Shown here in pieces: positions 17,823 to 28,459 of a stretch of 64,000 bases of DNA (position 1 is its first letter; every line of letters starts with the position of its first letter). A program made the position numbers and the translations under genes. The notes under the pieces were generated by a model. The model saw only the letters and a list, made by a program, of their open reading frames with translations, was not told the origin of the DNA and did not search any database. The DNA lies in NCBI GenBank assembly GCA_963833575.1, contig CAWHXY010000004.1, positions 288,001-352,000 on the forward strand, given 5' to 3'. This DNA is from Candidatus Bathyarchaeota archaeon (GTDB taxonomy: Archaea; Thermoproteota; Bathyarchaeia; Bathyarchaeales; Bathycorpusculaceae).

Positions 17823-18794
17823 TTAGCCTTTGACGATTGGGCTTCCGTTCTTGTAGGAGCATTGGATGCCGTATTTTTTTACGCATGCAAGGCATAGCAC
17901 TGGGTCGCACAAGCTTGTGCTTAGGTATTTCTCGCCTCCATCGGGGGCAATAGCCACTAAAACTCCTTCTGAAAGCTCTTTTGCCTTTTGAAGGGCAACA
18001 TGGAAAATTGCTCCAGAGCTAGGTCCAACGAAAAGCGCTTCTTCCAGAGCCAAAAGCCTAGCAGCCTCATCAGCGGTCTTGGGATTAACATAATGCACTT
18101 CGTCGACTAGCTCTTTGTTCCAGATGGCGGGTACGTACTGAGTTTTTAAATCTTTTAAGCCTTGAATTGCTGTTCCTACTTCAGGCTGGACAGCGATTAT
18201 TTTCACGTGGGGGTTGTGCTCTTTTAGTCGTTTTGAGACTCCCATGAGTGTGCCTGACGTTCCGATTCCCCCGAAGAAGTGAGTTATCTGCCCGTTTGTA
18301 TCTCGCCAGATTTCTTCGCCAGTGGTTTCGTAATGTGCCAAAACGTTTGATTGGCTAGCGAACTGATTGGGCAAAAAATAATTTTCCGGGTTCTTGCTAA
18401 CCATCTCATGAGCTAAGTCTTCGGCTCCATCCATACCCTTGGGTCCATCGCTTAACACGATTTTGGCGCCAAGCGAAATTAGGATTTGACGTCTCTCAAG
18501 CGTCATCGTCTCAGGCATAACCAAAACAAGGTCATAACTCTTAGCGCGACAAACCAAAGCCAACCCGATACCCGTATTTCCGCTAGTTGGTTCTATAACG
18601 GTTTTTCTATGGTTAAGCTGCCCAGATTTTTCTGCCTGCTCAATCATGTATTTTGCAATACGGTCCTTAACTGAGCCTCCCGGGTTGCACTTTTCTAGCT
18701 TAACAAACAACTTGACTTCAGGATTAGAATTTAGGCGTCGTATTTCGACCAGAGGAGTGTTGCCGATAAGATCGAGAACAGTTTTGACAGTCAA
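17823..18794 (-). CDS. PLP-dependent cysteine synthase family protein (CysK/CysM)
   Basis: IGNTPLV, NPGGSVKDR, EPTSGNTG, GIGTSGT, GPSSG, PDGGEKYLST. Confidence 0.93.
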   Translation of the reverse strand: MTVKTVLDLIGNTPLVEIRRLNSNPEVKLFVKLEKCNPGGSVKDRIAKYMIEQAEKSGQLNHRKTVIEPTSGNTGIGLALVCRAKSYDLVLVMPETMTLERRQILISLGAKIVLSDGPKGMDGAEDLAHEMVSKNPENYFLPNQFASQSNVLAHYETTGEEIWRDTNGQITHFFGGIGTSGTLMGVSKRLKEHNPHVKIIAVQPEVGTAIQGLKDLKTQYVPAIWNKELVDEVHYVNPKTADEAARLLALEEALFVGPSSGAIFHVALQKAKELSEGVLVAIAPDGGEKYLSTSLCDPVLCLACVKKYGIQCSYKNGSPIVKG

Positions 18795-18899
18795 GTAAAT
18801 GCACCCTAAACATGTAAGATAGTTTAAAGGAACTATAAATCATGTGCTTGCAAAAATAGAAAGATTAGTTTAAATTTAAAGCAAACACTGTTTTTGTAT

Positions 18900-19502
18900 A
18901 TGAGTAAACAGTTGAAAAGATGCTGGAATACGGATGAACCGCTATACATCAAGTATCATGATGAAGAGTGGGGTGTTCCGTTACATGATGATAAAAAACT
19001 TTTCGAATTCTTGATTCTAGATGGTTTCCAAGCTGGTTTGTCGTGGTGGCTGATTCTTAAGAGACGAAACGAACTGAGAAAAGCATTTGACAATTTTGAT
19101 CCTGAAAAAATGGCAAAATACTCATCCGACGACGTTGCACGCTTATTGAATGCACCCGGCGTAATCAAAAACAAATCCAAAATCTCTTCAGCTATTAACA
19201 ACGCCAAACAGTTTCTAAAGCTTCAAATAGAATTCGGTTCATTTGACGCCTTCATTTGGCAATTTGTAAAAGGAAAAACAATCAACAATAAATTCACTTC
19301 TTTTTCAAACGTCCCAGCTGAAACGGAAGAATCTAGGGCCATGAGCAAAGAATTGAAGAAAAAAGGATTCAAGTTTGTTGGACCTACAATATGTTATGCT
19401 TTTATGCAGGCAGCCGGTATGGTGAACGACCATTTAGTTGACTGCTTTCGATATAAAGAAATCGTGAAAACTAAAACCAACGTGTCTCATTCTCCTAAGT
19501 AA
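18900..19502 (+). CDS. tag: DNA-3-methyladenine glycosylase I
   Basis: RCW...YHDEEWG, FQAGLSW, FKFVGPT, GMVNDHLVDC. Confidence 0.95.
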   Translation: MSKQLKRCWNTDEPLYIKYHDEEWGVPLHDDKKLFEFLILDGFQAGLSWWLILKRRNELRKAFDNFDPEKMAKYSSDDVARLLNAPGVIKNKSKISSAINNAKQFLKLQIEFGSFDAFIWQFVKGKTINNKFTSFSNVPAETEESRAMSKELKKKGFKFVGPTICYAFMQAAGMVNDHLVDCFRYKEIVKTKTNVSHSPK

Positions 19503-19602
19503 TTGAATATCTGAAATTGATCCATTTTCATTTTCAGGGCAAGATTTTATTTTCATTTTCAAGCATGGTATTAGATCATATAATCGAAAGTGGTGGTTTC
19601 AC

Positions 19603-20142
19603 ATGGTAAACAATTCGACTACAAACAAGGGTTGGTTTATCAAAGGATTAGGTGCAAAAGGGCCTGATCCGAACTTGAAAGAGAAATTAATGCTCTTTGG
19701 CCAGTTCATTGGCGATTGGAATATTGTCGAAGCCCACTATACGCAAGCCGACGGAACTGAAGTCAAAATGAAAGGAGAGGTTCATTTTGGATGGATCCTT
19801 GGTGGGACAGCAATACAGGATGTTTGGATGGGCTGCCGAGAAGGTTCTCGAAAAGTCACTCTTTTCGGGACAACTATTCGATTCTATGAGCCTAAGATAG
19901 ATGCTTGGCGCAGCACTTGGCTCTTTCCCATCAAAGGTCTTGTGCAAACTTTCATTGCTCGAAAGGTCGATGACGAGATTGTTCTCGAGAGCAAGACTGA
20001 TGAAGGTTACCCAGAAAAATGGATATTCTCTCAAATTACACCAAATTCTTTCAGATGGCATTCCCAGGAAACACATGATAACGGTAAAACTTGGCAGCTT
20101 ACAGAGGAAATGCAAATCCAAAAGGCTGAAGCAAACCGGTAG
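19603..20142 (+). CDS. hypothetical beta-barrel protein (DUF1579-like)
   Basis: FGQFIGDW, F.WILGGTAIQD, GTTIRFY, DNGKTW. Confidence 0.7.
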   Translation: MVNNSTTNKGWFIKGLGAKGPDPNLKEKLMLFGQFIGDWNIVEAHYTQADGTEVKMKGEVHFGWILGGTAIQDVWMGCREGSRKVTLFGTTIRFYEPKIDAWRSTWLFPIKGLVQTFIARKVDDEIVLESKTDEGYPEKWIFSQITPNSFRWHSQETHDNGKTWQLTEEMQIQKAEANR

Positions 20143-20199
20143 CTTTCCGATTGTAAGTTAATTAAGTCAAACAAAGAGTATATTTAAGGGGCTAAGGCA

Positions 20200-20628
20200 G
20201 TGAAAATCAGCTATGAAAAATCTGAGAAGCCTTCTTCATCAAAAGTAACTGTTGGTTCAATAGCCAGAATGCCTGTTCCAACCGTTGATCCTTCAGATCA
20301 TGTTTCTAAAATTGCTTCACTTATGGTAAATTGTAACATAGGTGCCGTTATTGTCATGCGAGAAACCGAACCTTTAGGCATAGTCACGGAGAAAGATCTT
20401 ATACGAAAAGTAATATACGCGCATAAAAACGCTCAAGATATCGTCGCCCAGGAAATAATGAAGGCACCATTGATAACAATATCGTGGGATAGGACCATTG
20501 AGGAGGCACTCGAAATTATGCAACATAATGGCGTGAGAAGATTGGTAGTTCTCAAGGGCGAGAGCATGGTTGGTCTATTAACTGAGAGACGACTCTTGCA
20601 TGCAAAATTATCAAACGAACCTAAATGA
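20200..20628 (+). CDS. CBS-pair protein
   Basis: IGAVIV, GIVTEKD, VRRLVV, GLLTER. Confidence 0.85.
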   Translation: MKISYEKSEKPSSSKVTVGSIARMPVPTVDPSDHVSKIASLMVNCNIGAVIVMRETEPLGIVTEKDLIRKVIYAHKNAQDIVAQEIMKAPLITISWDRTIEEALEIMQHNGVRRLVVLKGESMVGLLTERRLLHAKLSNEPK

Positions 20629-20743
20629 AACTTAAGAATTTGTGCTGACCAAGTGTTTTGATAGATATTGTGACGCGGTCAAATTTGTATTTGAACCAAA
20701 CTTAAAACAGCGGAATTTGCCGAGAAATAAGTGGTAAAATGAG

Positions 20744-21064
20744 TTGAATCTCTTGTCAAAAATCTATAATAATCCTGAGGTCCCAATCGAAGTGAAAACT
20801 GGTGAATTCTTCACCATTTCATTGGAGTCGAATCCTACAACAGGGTTCATATGGGATGCGAAATATGATTCTACACTCATCGAAGAGCTCAAATCAAAAA
20901 GTTTTATTCCAATTTCCAAAGCATTGGGTGCCGAAGGTAAAGAATTATTTGAGTTCCAGTCAAAAAAAGTAGGTCACACTTTCATTACTATGAAATATAA
21001 AAGGTCTTGGGAGAACGAAACACCGCGGAAAACGTTGATTTTCAAAGTCGAAGTTAAAGAATAG
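20744..21064 (+). CDS. chagasin-family (I42) cysteine protease inhibitor
   Basis: LESNPTTGFIW, LGAEG, YKRSWE chagasin loops. Confidence 0.9.
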   Translation: MNLLSKIYNNPEVPIEVKTGEFFTISLESNPTTGFIWDAKYDSTLIEELKSKSFIPISKALGAEGKELFEFQSKKVGHTFITMKYKRSWENETPRKTLIFKVEVKE

Positions 21065-21214
21065 GGTTTTTGAAGAAATCGAGACAGTGGATTGAGTGTA
21101 AGAATCGATTGAAGGTCAATTGTTTCTCAATTCTAAAGAAAAATGATTTGTAGAAAAGGCTTAAAAGTTCAGACATCATTAAACGCTTGTAGAGTTTTTA
21201 GGGGAAATACAAAC

Positions 21215-21979
21215 ATGTCTATGAAAATTCAGAGATATGGTTGGATTCCAGATCTGCCGGATCATCGAGACTATATGTTTGCTGCTGCGCCTGAATTCCT
21301 TACCAAACTTCCGCCAAGTTACGATTTGACAAGCCTGTGCCCCCCTGTCTATGATCAAGGCCAATTGGGAAGTTGCACTGCAAATGCTATTGCAGCTGCA
21401 GTCGAGTTTGATTTAATGAAACAGAAACAGAAGAATATTTTTGTTCCATCGAGACTTTTCATATACTATAATGAGCGTGTCATTGAAGGTACGGTGGCTT
21501 CAGATTCTGGTGCTCAAATCAGAGACGGCATTAAGAGCATAGCAGCACAAGGTGACTGCCCTGAAAAGCTTTGGCCCTATGTCATCGCTAAGTTTGCGGT
21601 TAAGCCATCAACAAATTGCTACAGCCAAGCCAAGAAATACAAGGCGATTAATTATCAGAGACTTGTTCAAGATCTCAACCAGTTTAAGGGATGCTTGTAT
21701 TCGGGCTACCCATTTGTTTTTGGATTTACTGTCTATGAAAGCTTTGAAAGCCAAACGGTTGCTCAAACTGGTCACGCACCTATGCCAGCACCCGAAGAAA
21801 GATCATTAGGGGGACATGCTGTAATGGCAGTTGGATACGACGATTCAAACCAGTGGTTTACAGTTAGGAATTCTTGGGGGAACAACTGGGGAATGAAAGG
21901 TTACTTCACTCTGCCCTATGCATATTTTCTCAATGACAATCTTTCGAGCGACTTTTGGACGATACGCGTGGTAACATAA
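21215..21979 (+). CDS. papain-family (C1) cysteine peptidase
   Basis: YGWIPDLPDHRD, DQGQLGSCTANA, GGHAVMAVGY, RNSWGNNWG. Confidence 0.93.
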   Translation: MSMKIQRYGWIPDLPDHRDYMFAAAPEFLTKLPPSYDLTSLCPPVYDQGQLGSCTANAIAAAVEFDLMKQKQKNIFVPSRLFIYYNERVIEGTVASDSGAQIRDGIKSIAAQGDCPEKLWPYVIAKFAVKPSTNCYSQAKKYKAINYQRLVQDLNQFKGCLYSGYPFVFGFTVYESFESQTVAQTGHAPMPAPEERSLGGHAVMAVGYDDSNQWFTVRNSWGNNWGMKGYFTLPYAYFLNDNLSSDFWTIRVVT

Positions 21980-22142
21980 AACAATCTTCCATTTCTTTTT
22001 TTCCCATTTTGTTTAATCCCAGTTCCTTCGCTTGTTTTTTGATGGTTTTCAGTCTATCTGTACTACAAGTTTATCAAAAATCATTGCTGGGCAAAGCTTA
22101 AAGACAAAGATCCCCGCAAACTAGAGATATTGAGTAGGTAGC

Positions 22143-22733
22143 ATGCAGGCGTTAAGTATTGTTTTAGTATTAATCAGCATCGGAACCATGGTAGGACCAA
22201 TTGCAGGAGCTGTAATAATCTATAGAGATAATTTGTCTCAACTTGTTGTTCCGCCACAAATCAACAACCTCATCAATAATAACGACGGCAATAGCAATAA
22301 TAACAATAATAATGGCAACGTTGGAAGCGGAAATTTCGGTGTGGGTAATAGTGGCGGAGGATTTCCAACACCAACCTTGGTAAATGAACAAATTAACCTT
22401 GAAGCAAAAACCTTCACTGTTACCTTTAACGTGACAAATAGTTTCAATTATGATTTAACCGTAAATTCATTGAACGCTACCGTAGAAAGTAGCCAAGACC
22501 ACTATCAACTAGGAACAATCAGTTTGGGCTCGCCCGTTACAATAGTTGCTAATCAGAGTTCACTAGTAACAGTTTCAGGGGCATGGACACAGGAAGCAGT
22601 AGATCACGTACAAAATAATTTTCCAGACGCTACATCGATTAACGTTGACTTAGCCTACGTAACGATAGATGTAAATGGCATAATAATTCAACAAACTCAA
22701 CCGATAAACGTAGGCGAGATTCCTCTAACTTGA
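22143..22733 (+). CDS. membrane-anchored hypothetical protein (LEA-like fold possible), Asn/Gly-rich linker
   Basis: N-terminal TM, beta-rich body (FNVTNSFNYDL). Confidence 0.65.
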   Translation: MQALSIVLVLISIGTMVGPIAGAVIIYRDNLSQLVVPPQINNLINNNDGNSNNNNNNGNVGSGNFGVGNSGGGFPTPTLVNEQINLEAKTFTVTFNVTNSFNYDLTVNSLNATVESSQDHYQLGTISLGSPVTIVANQSSLVTVSGAWTQEAVDHVQNNFPDATSINVDLAYVTIDVNGIIIQQTQPINVGEIPLT

Positions 22734-22737
22734 ACCG

Positions 22738-23358
22738 GTGTGCCTGATGCTAAAAGAAATAGCGTTAAACAAAATTAACATAATTGCCATGACTGCGGGA
22801 ATTTCCACTCTATTATTAATAGCAATTTCAGTTTTTGTCCCCTGGTGGCAATTCACTGTTGGAAAACCAACAATCGCACTAATTAGTTTCTCACCAGTAA
22901 ACTTCAACCTTATGCTCTTGGGAAACTCAATGGCAATACCGTTGATTTGGGCGACTAATCTAGCATGTTTTCTAACGTTGCTTTCTGGCGGGATCATAAT
23001 GTTAATTTATTCTTTGAAACCAAACAAATCTTACTCAAAAAAACTACTTGGATTTGGATATAAACAACCGGTGTTTTCAGTCATACTCTTTGTCGTCGAA
23101 TTAATTGCTTTGACCATAGTCGCAAATAGCGTTGCAGGATTTAATGTTCCTATACAAGGCGCAGGTGTACTCCAGATTCCACAATCAATAACCCAGGGAA
23201 GCGGCGTAAACATATCAGTCAACGTTTTGGCAGCTTTAGAGTGGCCATTCTACTTTGGGATTATCGTGGCAGGATTATGCATTACGGCTCGGCTCTACCA
23301 ACCAAAAAAATTAGCAGTTGTAGAACCTTCTGCACCTATTGTGGCTATGAAAAATTAA
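22738..23358 (+). CDS. multi-pass membrane protein
   Basis: About 4 hydrophobic segments; co-oriented with 22143. Confidence 0.65.
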   Translation: MCLMLKEIALNKINIIAMTAGISTLLLIAISVFVPWWQFTVGKPTIALISFSPVNFNLMLLGNSMAIPLIWATNLACFLTLLSGGIIMLIYSLKPNKSYSKKLLGFGYKQPVFSVILFVVELIALTIVANSVAGFNVPIQGAGVLQIPQSITQGSGVNISVNVLAALEWPFYFGIIVAGLCITARLYQPKKLAVVEPSAPIVAMKN

Positions 23359-23426
23359 CTAACCTACGCCTTCCTTTTTTTACTCTATTTAGGTTAAAAA
23401 TTCAATGCGGTCAGCTCAAATTTGCC

Positions 23427-24665
23427 TCAATCATTTATTGCATTTGTTTTTTGTTGTTCTAGCCAGTTCCTTGATTTCATAACAGTTTTTCCAGCAAACT
23501 TCAATTCCAATGCATCTTCATAAGGACAGATTTCAACACATCTTGCGCAGAGCATGCATCGTGATTCAGTTACATCGCCCCCTTTCTTTTCATAAACGTC
23601 CGTTGCTCCAGTTGGACAAACACGCTTACAGACCCCACATTTAGTGCATTTCTCCTCGTTCTTGGTCAATTTTGTCAAAGCAATTTGTTTGAAGGGTGTA
23701 AAACTGCTAAATAGCGCTGTTAATGCGCCGAGGGGACAGATTCGACACCAGAATCGCCTAAAGATTAGAGCAACAATTGTGACTGCTATCAGGATGGCTA
23801 AGTTTAGCGATGTAATGTAGTAGCCACTTATCCAGAGTGGGCCGTAGGCTATCTGGGAGATGTATGACCACTTCATTGAGCCTATTCCAGCCAAGATTAA
23901 GATGCAAAGGGGTCGCATGGGGCAAACTAAACAGAAGGGCTCGTTGAGGGCACCAACATTTCCTGCTTCGGTTCCTTCTGGTCCGCCGGGTCTAGTGCCG
24001 GGAACAATTTGAGTGCCGAAAATCGCATAAGAAGCAAAAATAACACTGAGAATCAAAAAAACGGCAATAATGATATATCGTGATTGGCCAAGCGCCGTGT
24101 TTGTTTTTTCAGAAAAACGTAAATGACGTATTCGTGTAGCTTTTCGAATTCGTGTCAAAACATCCTGATACAAGCCAAAGGGACATAGCCAACCGCAGAA
24201 AAATCTACCCGCTATAATAGCTGCAACAGCTACCATACCCAAAACTATACCGATTTTTTCCAAGCCAGAAGTTGAATAGATTACTTCATAGCCTCTCGGA
24301 TAGTTCCAAAATGGAAAAATGTAAGCTTGCAGTTGCCATATTGGACAAGTAACCGTTCGCCCATTAGGATAGTAACATGCCAAAATGGGGATAGAAAATC
24401 CGTCTGGAAACTGGTTTCCAAGTAAATTTGTTCCAACCAACGCACTTCGCGGCGAAGGACCCAAAGGAGCAAACAACGGCTGATTAAATGGACCTATAAT
24501 GAGCCCCATAAAGACGGCAAATACAGCGACTATTTGAATAAAAAGCCTAAGAGAACTAACTTTTTTCGTTTTGTCATGAGTTAATTTATAGATAAGTAAA
24601 ACTCCGACGATGACAATTGCCACGTAAACGGGTAATACGATACTAATCGGAGTTTCTGTAATCAT
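23427..24665 (-). CDS. NapH/MauN-like membrane polyferredoxin (4Fe-4S binding)
   Basis: GRFFCGWLCPFG, RFWCRICPLG and two CxxCxxCxxxCP motifs. Confidence 0.9.
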   Translation of the reverse strand: MITETPISIVLPVYVAIVIVGVLLIYKLTHDKTKKVSSLRLFIQIVAVFAVFMGLIIGPFNQPLFAPLGPSPRSALVGTNLLGNQFPDGFSIPILACYYPNGRTVTCPIWQLQAYIFPFWNYPRGYEVIYSTSGLEKIGIVLGMVAVAAIIAGRFFCGWLCPFGLYQDVLTRIRKATRIRHLRFSEKTNTALGQSRYIIIAVFLILSVIFASYAIFGTQIVPGTRPGGPEGTEAGNVGALNEPFCLVCPMRPLCILILAGIGSMKWSYISQIAYGPLWISGYYITSLNLAILIAVTIVALIFRRFWCRICPLGALTALFSSFTPFKQIALTKLTKNEEKCTKCGVCKRVCPTGATDVYEKKGGDVTESRCMLCARCVEICPYEDALELKFAGKTVMKSRNWLEQQKTNAIND

Positions 24666-25423
24666 CTTTGCACTTCTTCCTCGCGATATTTTAATGCTGG
24701 GCTTGGCTTCTTAGACTTCACCAATTCGTCATTGTTCGGAGACTTTGTTTCTCTCACTTTGATTACAACAGATGCAGCAACCACAACCGACAATGAAACA
24801 ATTATTGCAAGCGCCACTGAATGCTGCTGATAGAAAGGCAAGTTTGAACCCATAGTACTGCTATCGAAAAAAGCCCAGTGGATAATACTGACATTTCCTG
24901 ATGACGCGCCGTTGACAAAAATTGTCCCATCTGGCGAAATTGTCCATTCTTGCCCTTCGGGTAAAAACACAAAATTATTACCCACTATAACGCTCCAATC
25001 GACTGCAGTAAATGTCTCTCCCGCGGTGGCTTGGCCAAAATTGAAAACCTGTTTGCCTTGACCTTCAAGCGTATATAGTAGCAAAGAGCTCCGGCGCGTA
25101 AAATTGAGAGCCGAGTAAAAATCAATTGTAATGTTTGAATTTTGGGCTGAAACTGTAAAATTTTGAAGTGTCTGTGATCCAAGGAGATTTAGATTTGTAA
25201 AAGTCCAAGAGTCATTTTCAAGTATTGCTTTGGAATAAGTACCATTGACTGCGAAGCTTACAGTGCCATTGTAGAGGGGGATGTTGAATTTTTCTGTTGG
25301 GGTAAGAGTTAGGGTATTTTGTGCTTGCGTAATAGGATAAATCCATGGGGAAAACGAGAGAATAATAATTATGGTAACTCCAACTGAAACTTTGCTATTT
25401 ATTGTTACCATACCCCAAGCCAC
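24662..25423 (-). CDS. secreted/membrane-anchored hypothetical protein
   Basis: Signal peptide, many NxS/T sequons, C-terminal TM; overlaps next start. Confidence 0.7.
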   Translation of the reverse strand: MAWGMVTINSKVSVGVTIIIILSFSPWIYPITQAQNTLTLTPTEKFNIPLYNGTVSFAVNGTYSKAILENDSWTFTNLNLLGSQTLQNFTVSAQNSNITIDFYSALNFTRRSSLLLYTLEGQGKQVFNFGQATAGETFTAVDWSVIVGNNFVFLPEGQEWTISPDGTIFVNGASSGNVSIIHWAFFDSSTMGSNLPFYQQHSVALAIIVSLSVVVAASVVIKVRETKSPNNDELVKSKKPSPALKYREEEVQR

Positions 25424-25551
25424 GTTTCACAATAATAAATTACCATGTTAAGCTATAAGAGTTTTCTAGAAGCATGGTGATGACTCCGCAGATAAGAAAA
25501 TGTGGATTTATCCGTTTTGCCTATTAATAAGAAATGCTAGATGAAAGTTAA

Positions 25552-26373
25552 ATGAAGAAATCCTTGGTAATTGCCTCGGTACTTATAATAATCACAGTTG
25601 TAGTAAGTGCTTCAATACTTGTTTTTCTAAACAATAACAAACCCGCAAATCCCCCATCGACACCACGCTACACTTACGCGGTAGTTAACACGTATCCGCA
25701 TGACACAAACGCCTTCACAGAAGGACTCGTGTATTCAGATGGCTCTCTCTACGAGAGCACAGGACTCAATAGCGCCTCATCATTACGCAGAGTCAACCTA
25801 ACAACTGGGGCTGTTCAGCAAGAGGTAACGTTGCCAAGCCAATACTTCGGCGAAGGAATAACAGTTGTCAACAACACCATTTTCCAGCTTACATGGCAGT
25901 CAAACATAGGCTTCATCTACAATAAAACCACCTTTGCATTAATAGGAAACTTCACTTACCCAACAGAAGGCTGGGGCTTAACCTTCAATGGAACCCAGTT
26001 GATCATGAGCGACGGAACAAACAACCTCTACTTTATTGACCCAACCACTTTTGAACGCACAGGACAAATCCAAGTTCACGACGGAAACAAAACAATAGTA
26101 AACATTAACGAACTAGAATATGTCAACGGCGACGTTTACGCCAACATTTGGCATACAAGCACAATTGCCATAATCAACCCACAAACGGGACAAGTCAAAG
26201 GATGGATAGACCTCACTGGACTATCAAGCGCAAACGAAAACAACTCAAATTCCGAAGCAGTACTGAACGGTATCGCATACGACCAAAAAAACGATAGATT
26301 GTTTGTAACAGGTAAAGATTGGGCAAACCTGTATGAAATAACAATAATGCCAGAAGCCGCAATACCCGCTTAA
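25552..26373 (+). CDS. glutaminyl-peptide cyclotransferase
   Basis: YPHDTNAFTEGL, YESTG, FGEGIT, QLTW, EGWGLT, NELEY, VLNGIAYD. Confidence 0.92.
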   Translation: MKKSLVIASVLIIITVVVSASILVFLNNNKPANPPSTPRYTYAVVNTYPHDTNAFTEGLVYSDGSLYESTGLNSASSLRRVNLTTGAVQQEVTLPSQYFGEGITVVNNTIFQLTWQSNIGFIYNKTTFALIGNFTYPTEGWGLTFNGTQLIMSDGTNNLYFIDPTTFERTGQIQVHDGNKTIVNINELEYVNGDVYANIWHTSTIAIINPQTGQVKGWIDLTGLSSANENNSNSEAVLNGIAYDQKNDRLFVTGKDWANLYEITIMPEAAIPA

Positions 26374-26414
26374 AATAACGCTTATTTTAAACCGTTCTGC
26401 ATTAGCTTCTTTCA

Positions 26415-27221
26415 TTAATGCTGGGCTGTATAGTAAGAGAGAATTGCAAGCGGAACAACAAGAATATAGGAAACTAATGTTCCAAGCCAAATGCCCAAGA
26501 TGGGAAACAAATAACGCACAGACACACTGAAAGGAATAATCGTAAAGATTCCACTCAAAACTAACGGTTTAGTCATAGCACGAGAGAATTCCGTACCCAT
26601 GCTTCTATTCAAAATAACAAGGGTTGACGTGAAAACTGCTGGAAACGCAGCTGCGATACCTCCAAGGACGGATCCGCCAATTTGACTTAAAAGAACTGAA
26701 AGCAAAACAAGAGAGCCAGCGCCTACCCCACGTAAAATAACCTCATGAAATTTGTATGTCTTTTTTTCTCCTTTTAGATTCTGGATCTTTAGTTTCTTGA
26801 AGAAAAAATAAGTCAAAACTGAAATTACAGTTCCACCAACTAATGAAAACATAAAATCACTAAGACCGGAAACAACAATCAAGGCAGAAGCAGCAAACCA
26901 AATCATAAGAGAGAAGGTTATACCGCGAATAAACCTTTTCTGCGCAAAAAAAGCATAGAAAAACAGGTATGCACTCGTGACACCGAAGGCTAATGGGAAA
27001 ACTGTTGTTGCCTGAACTGCAGCGTTTGAAGATTGGTTAATCCCTATAAAGAAAAAAGAGAAAGCTGATGCTGAAGGAAGCCCACCAAGGACGCCGCCTA
27101 AAACGCTGCCTCTCTTTTCAGCTACGTTAGTGATTATGCTTACCCAAAGGCTTCCAACCGCAAAAGCCAAAACAAGATGCAGAACTATTGAGGCATCAAC
27201 CATAATTTCACTATTTGTCAA
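26415..27221 (-). CDS. integral membrane protein (DUF3147-like)
   Basis: About 8 TM; GGVLGGLPS and GGIAAAFPA internal repeat. Confidence 0.7.
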   Translation of the reverse strand: MTNSEIMVDASIVLHLVLAFAVGSLWVSIITNVAEKRGSVLGGVLGGLPSASAFSFFFIGINQSSNAAVQATTVFPLAFGVTSAYLFFYAFFAQKRFIRGITFSLMIWFAASALIVVSGLSDFMFSLVGGTVISVLTYFFFKKLKIQNLKGEKKTYKFHEVILRGVGAGSLVLLSVLLSQIGGSVLGGIAAAFPAVFTSTLVILNRSMGTEFSRAMTKPLVLSGIFTIIPFSVSVRYLFPILGIWLGTLVSYILVVPLAILSYYTAQH

Positions 27222-27274
27222 CTTAATGTTTTATTAACTTTCTAGCGTGCTTTTGCGGATCCTGCCAGTTCATT

Positions 27275-27961
27275 TTACCATAGAAAAGGAATTAATCGAT
27301 ATCGAACCTTTTGGCAATATTCCAAGTAACCTTCCAAGTGCGCAGTCAAGAACTTTTCTTCCCCGACAATTCTCACGGCAATTGCAGCCAAAATAGGTGG
27401 AAAAGCAAGCAATCCCCAAAACGAGCCTAAAGCAAGAGGAGTAAAAAGCAACATTACAAGCGCTCCAGAATACATTGGATGACGTACTTTCCCGTATGGA
27501 CCACTTGAAATTACTTTTTGCCCTTCATTAACCTCAACAAGGACAGAGGTATAGCTGTTTTCTTTGAATACTAGAAAAATCATGAAAATACCAAGCGCTG
27601 CGAAAACATCCCCAACTAAACTCAGGTAAGAAGGAACACTTGACCGTTGGTAATGATGGTCAATAGATGGAATGAGAATTAGCAGTATGAAAAAAATGCT
27701 TATGGCAGCTTGTGTGATTTTTTGTGTATTTTCTTTTTCAGACGCGCCAACCTTCAGTCGACTTGCGATGAGGTTAAGGTCTTTCTTTAAAAAATAAGCA
27801 CTTACTGCTGTTATGCATGCTAAAAAGACAAGCCAATATACCCATGCTTGCCAATAATTCAGTGTCCAAGCAGGCAAAAACAATGCAACCCACAACAAAA
27901 CCGCAAGTGCAGATAATCCCAAAATCGCCTGTTTGGTTATACTCAGACCAGATTTACTCAT
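27275..27961 (-). CDS. isoprenylcysteine carboxyl methyltransferase family protein
   Basis: VISSGPYGKVRHPMYSG, EEKFL, Y.EYCQKVRYRLIP. Confidence 0.9.
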   Translation of the reverse strand: MSKSGLSITKQAILGLSALAVLLWVALFLPAWTLNYWQAWVYWLVFLACITAVSAYFLKKDLNLIASRLKVGASEKENTQKITQAAISIFFILLILIPSIDHHYQRSSVPSYLSLVGDVFAALGIFMIFLVFKENSYTSVLVEVNEGQKVISSGPYGKVRHPMYSGALVMLLFTPLALGSFWGLLAFPPILAAIAVRIVGEEKFLTAHLEGYLEYCQKVRYRLIPFLW

Positions 27962-27997
27962 ACATCGCCAACTCGGAAAATTACTTAAAGAGAATGT

Positions 27998-28363
27998 TTA
28001 AGCTTTGCACTCTTTGAGTTTGCCTAATTCTAAAGCGCCCTTAATTAATCGCTCCAACGATTCAAAATCAGAGTGTTGAACAGTGGTTTGCTCAAAGCTT
28101 ACATAGTTGTTACTTTTTGCTTTGATAACACATCTTTCGAATTCTTCATGTAAAATATCCTTAGTCATAATTGGCTTACCATCAAGCAGTCGTAGATCAC
28201 AAGTGAGGCAATATTCAAAATCAAACTCTAGCTTCCTTCCTTTGGAATTGTCTTCACCGAAGTATTTGATATCTTTCGCTAATTTACCAAAGTCGACATC
28301 GTCAAATTCAACAAACAACACCCGAGTCTTTTTAATATCATGCATATGGCTCAAAGTAGTCAA
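27998..28363 (-). CDS. hypothetical protein
   Basis: 121-aa ORF, no motif recognised. Confidence 0.5.
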   Translation of the reverse strand: MTTLSHMHDIKKTRVLFVEFDDVDFGKLAKDIKYFGEDNSKGRKLEFDFEYCLTCDLRLLDGKPIMTKDILHEEFERCVIKAKSNNYVSFEQTTVQHSDFESLERLIKGALELGKLKECKA

Positions 28364-28459
28364 TTCTCAGCGCCCGCTGACTCTCTCTTAATGACTTCAT
28401 CATTAAAACGGTTTTGCAATTACTATGACGACTTTAAAATTATATATAATGGGTAATGG

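Noticed and set aside
22262-22320. AAT/AAC trinucleotide-rich tract
   Set aside because: Poly-Asn coding linker; imperfect, with no sign of phase variation.
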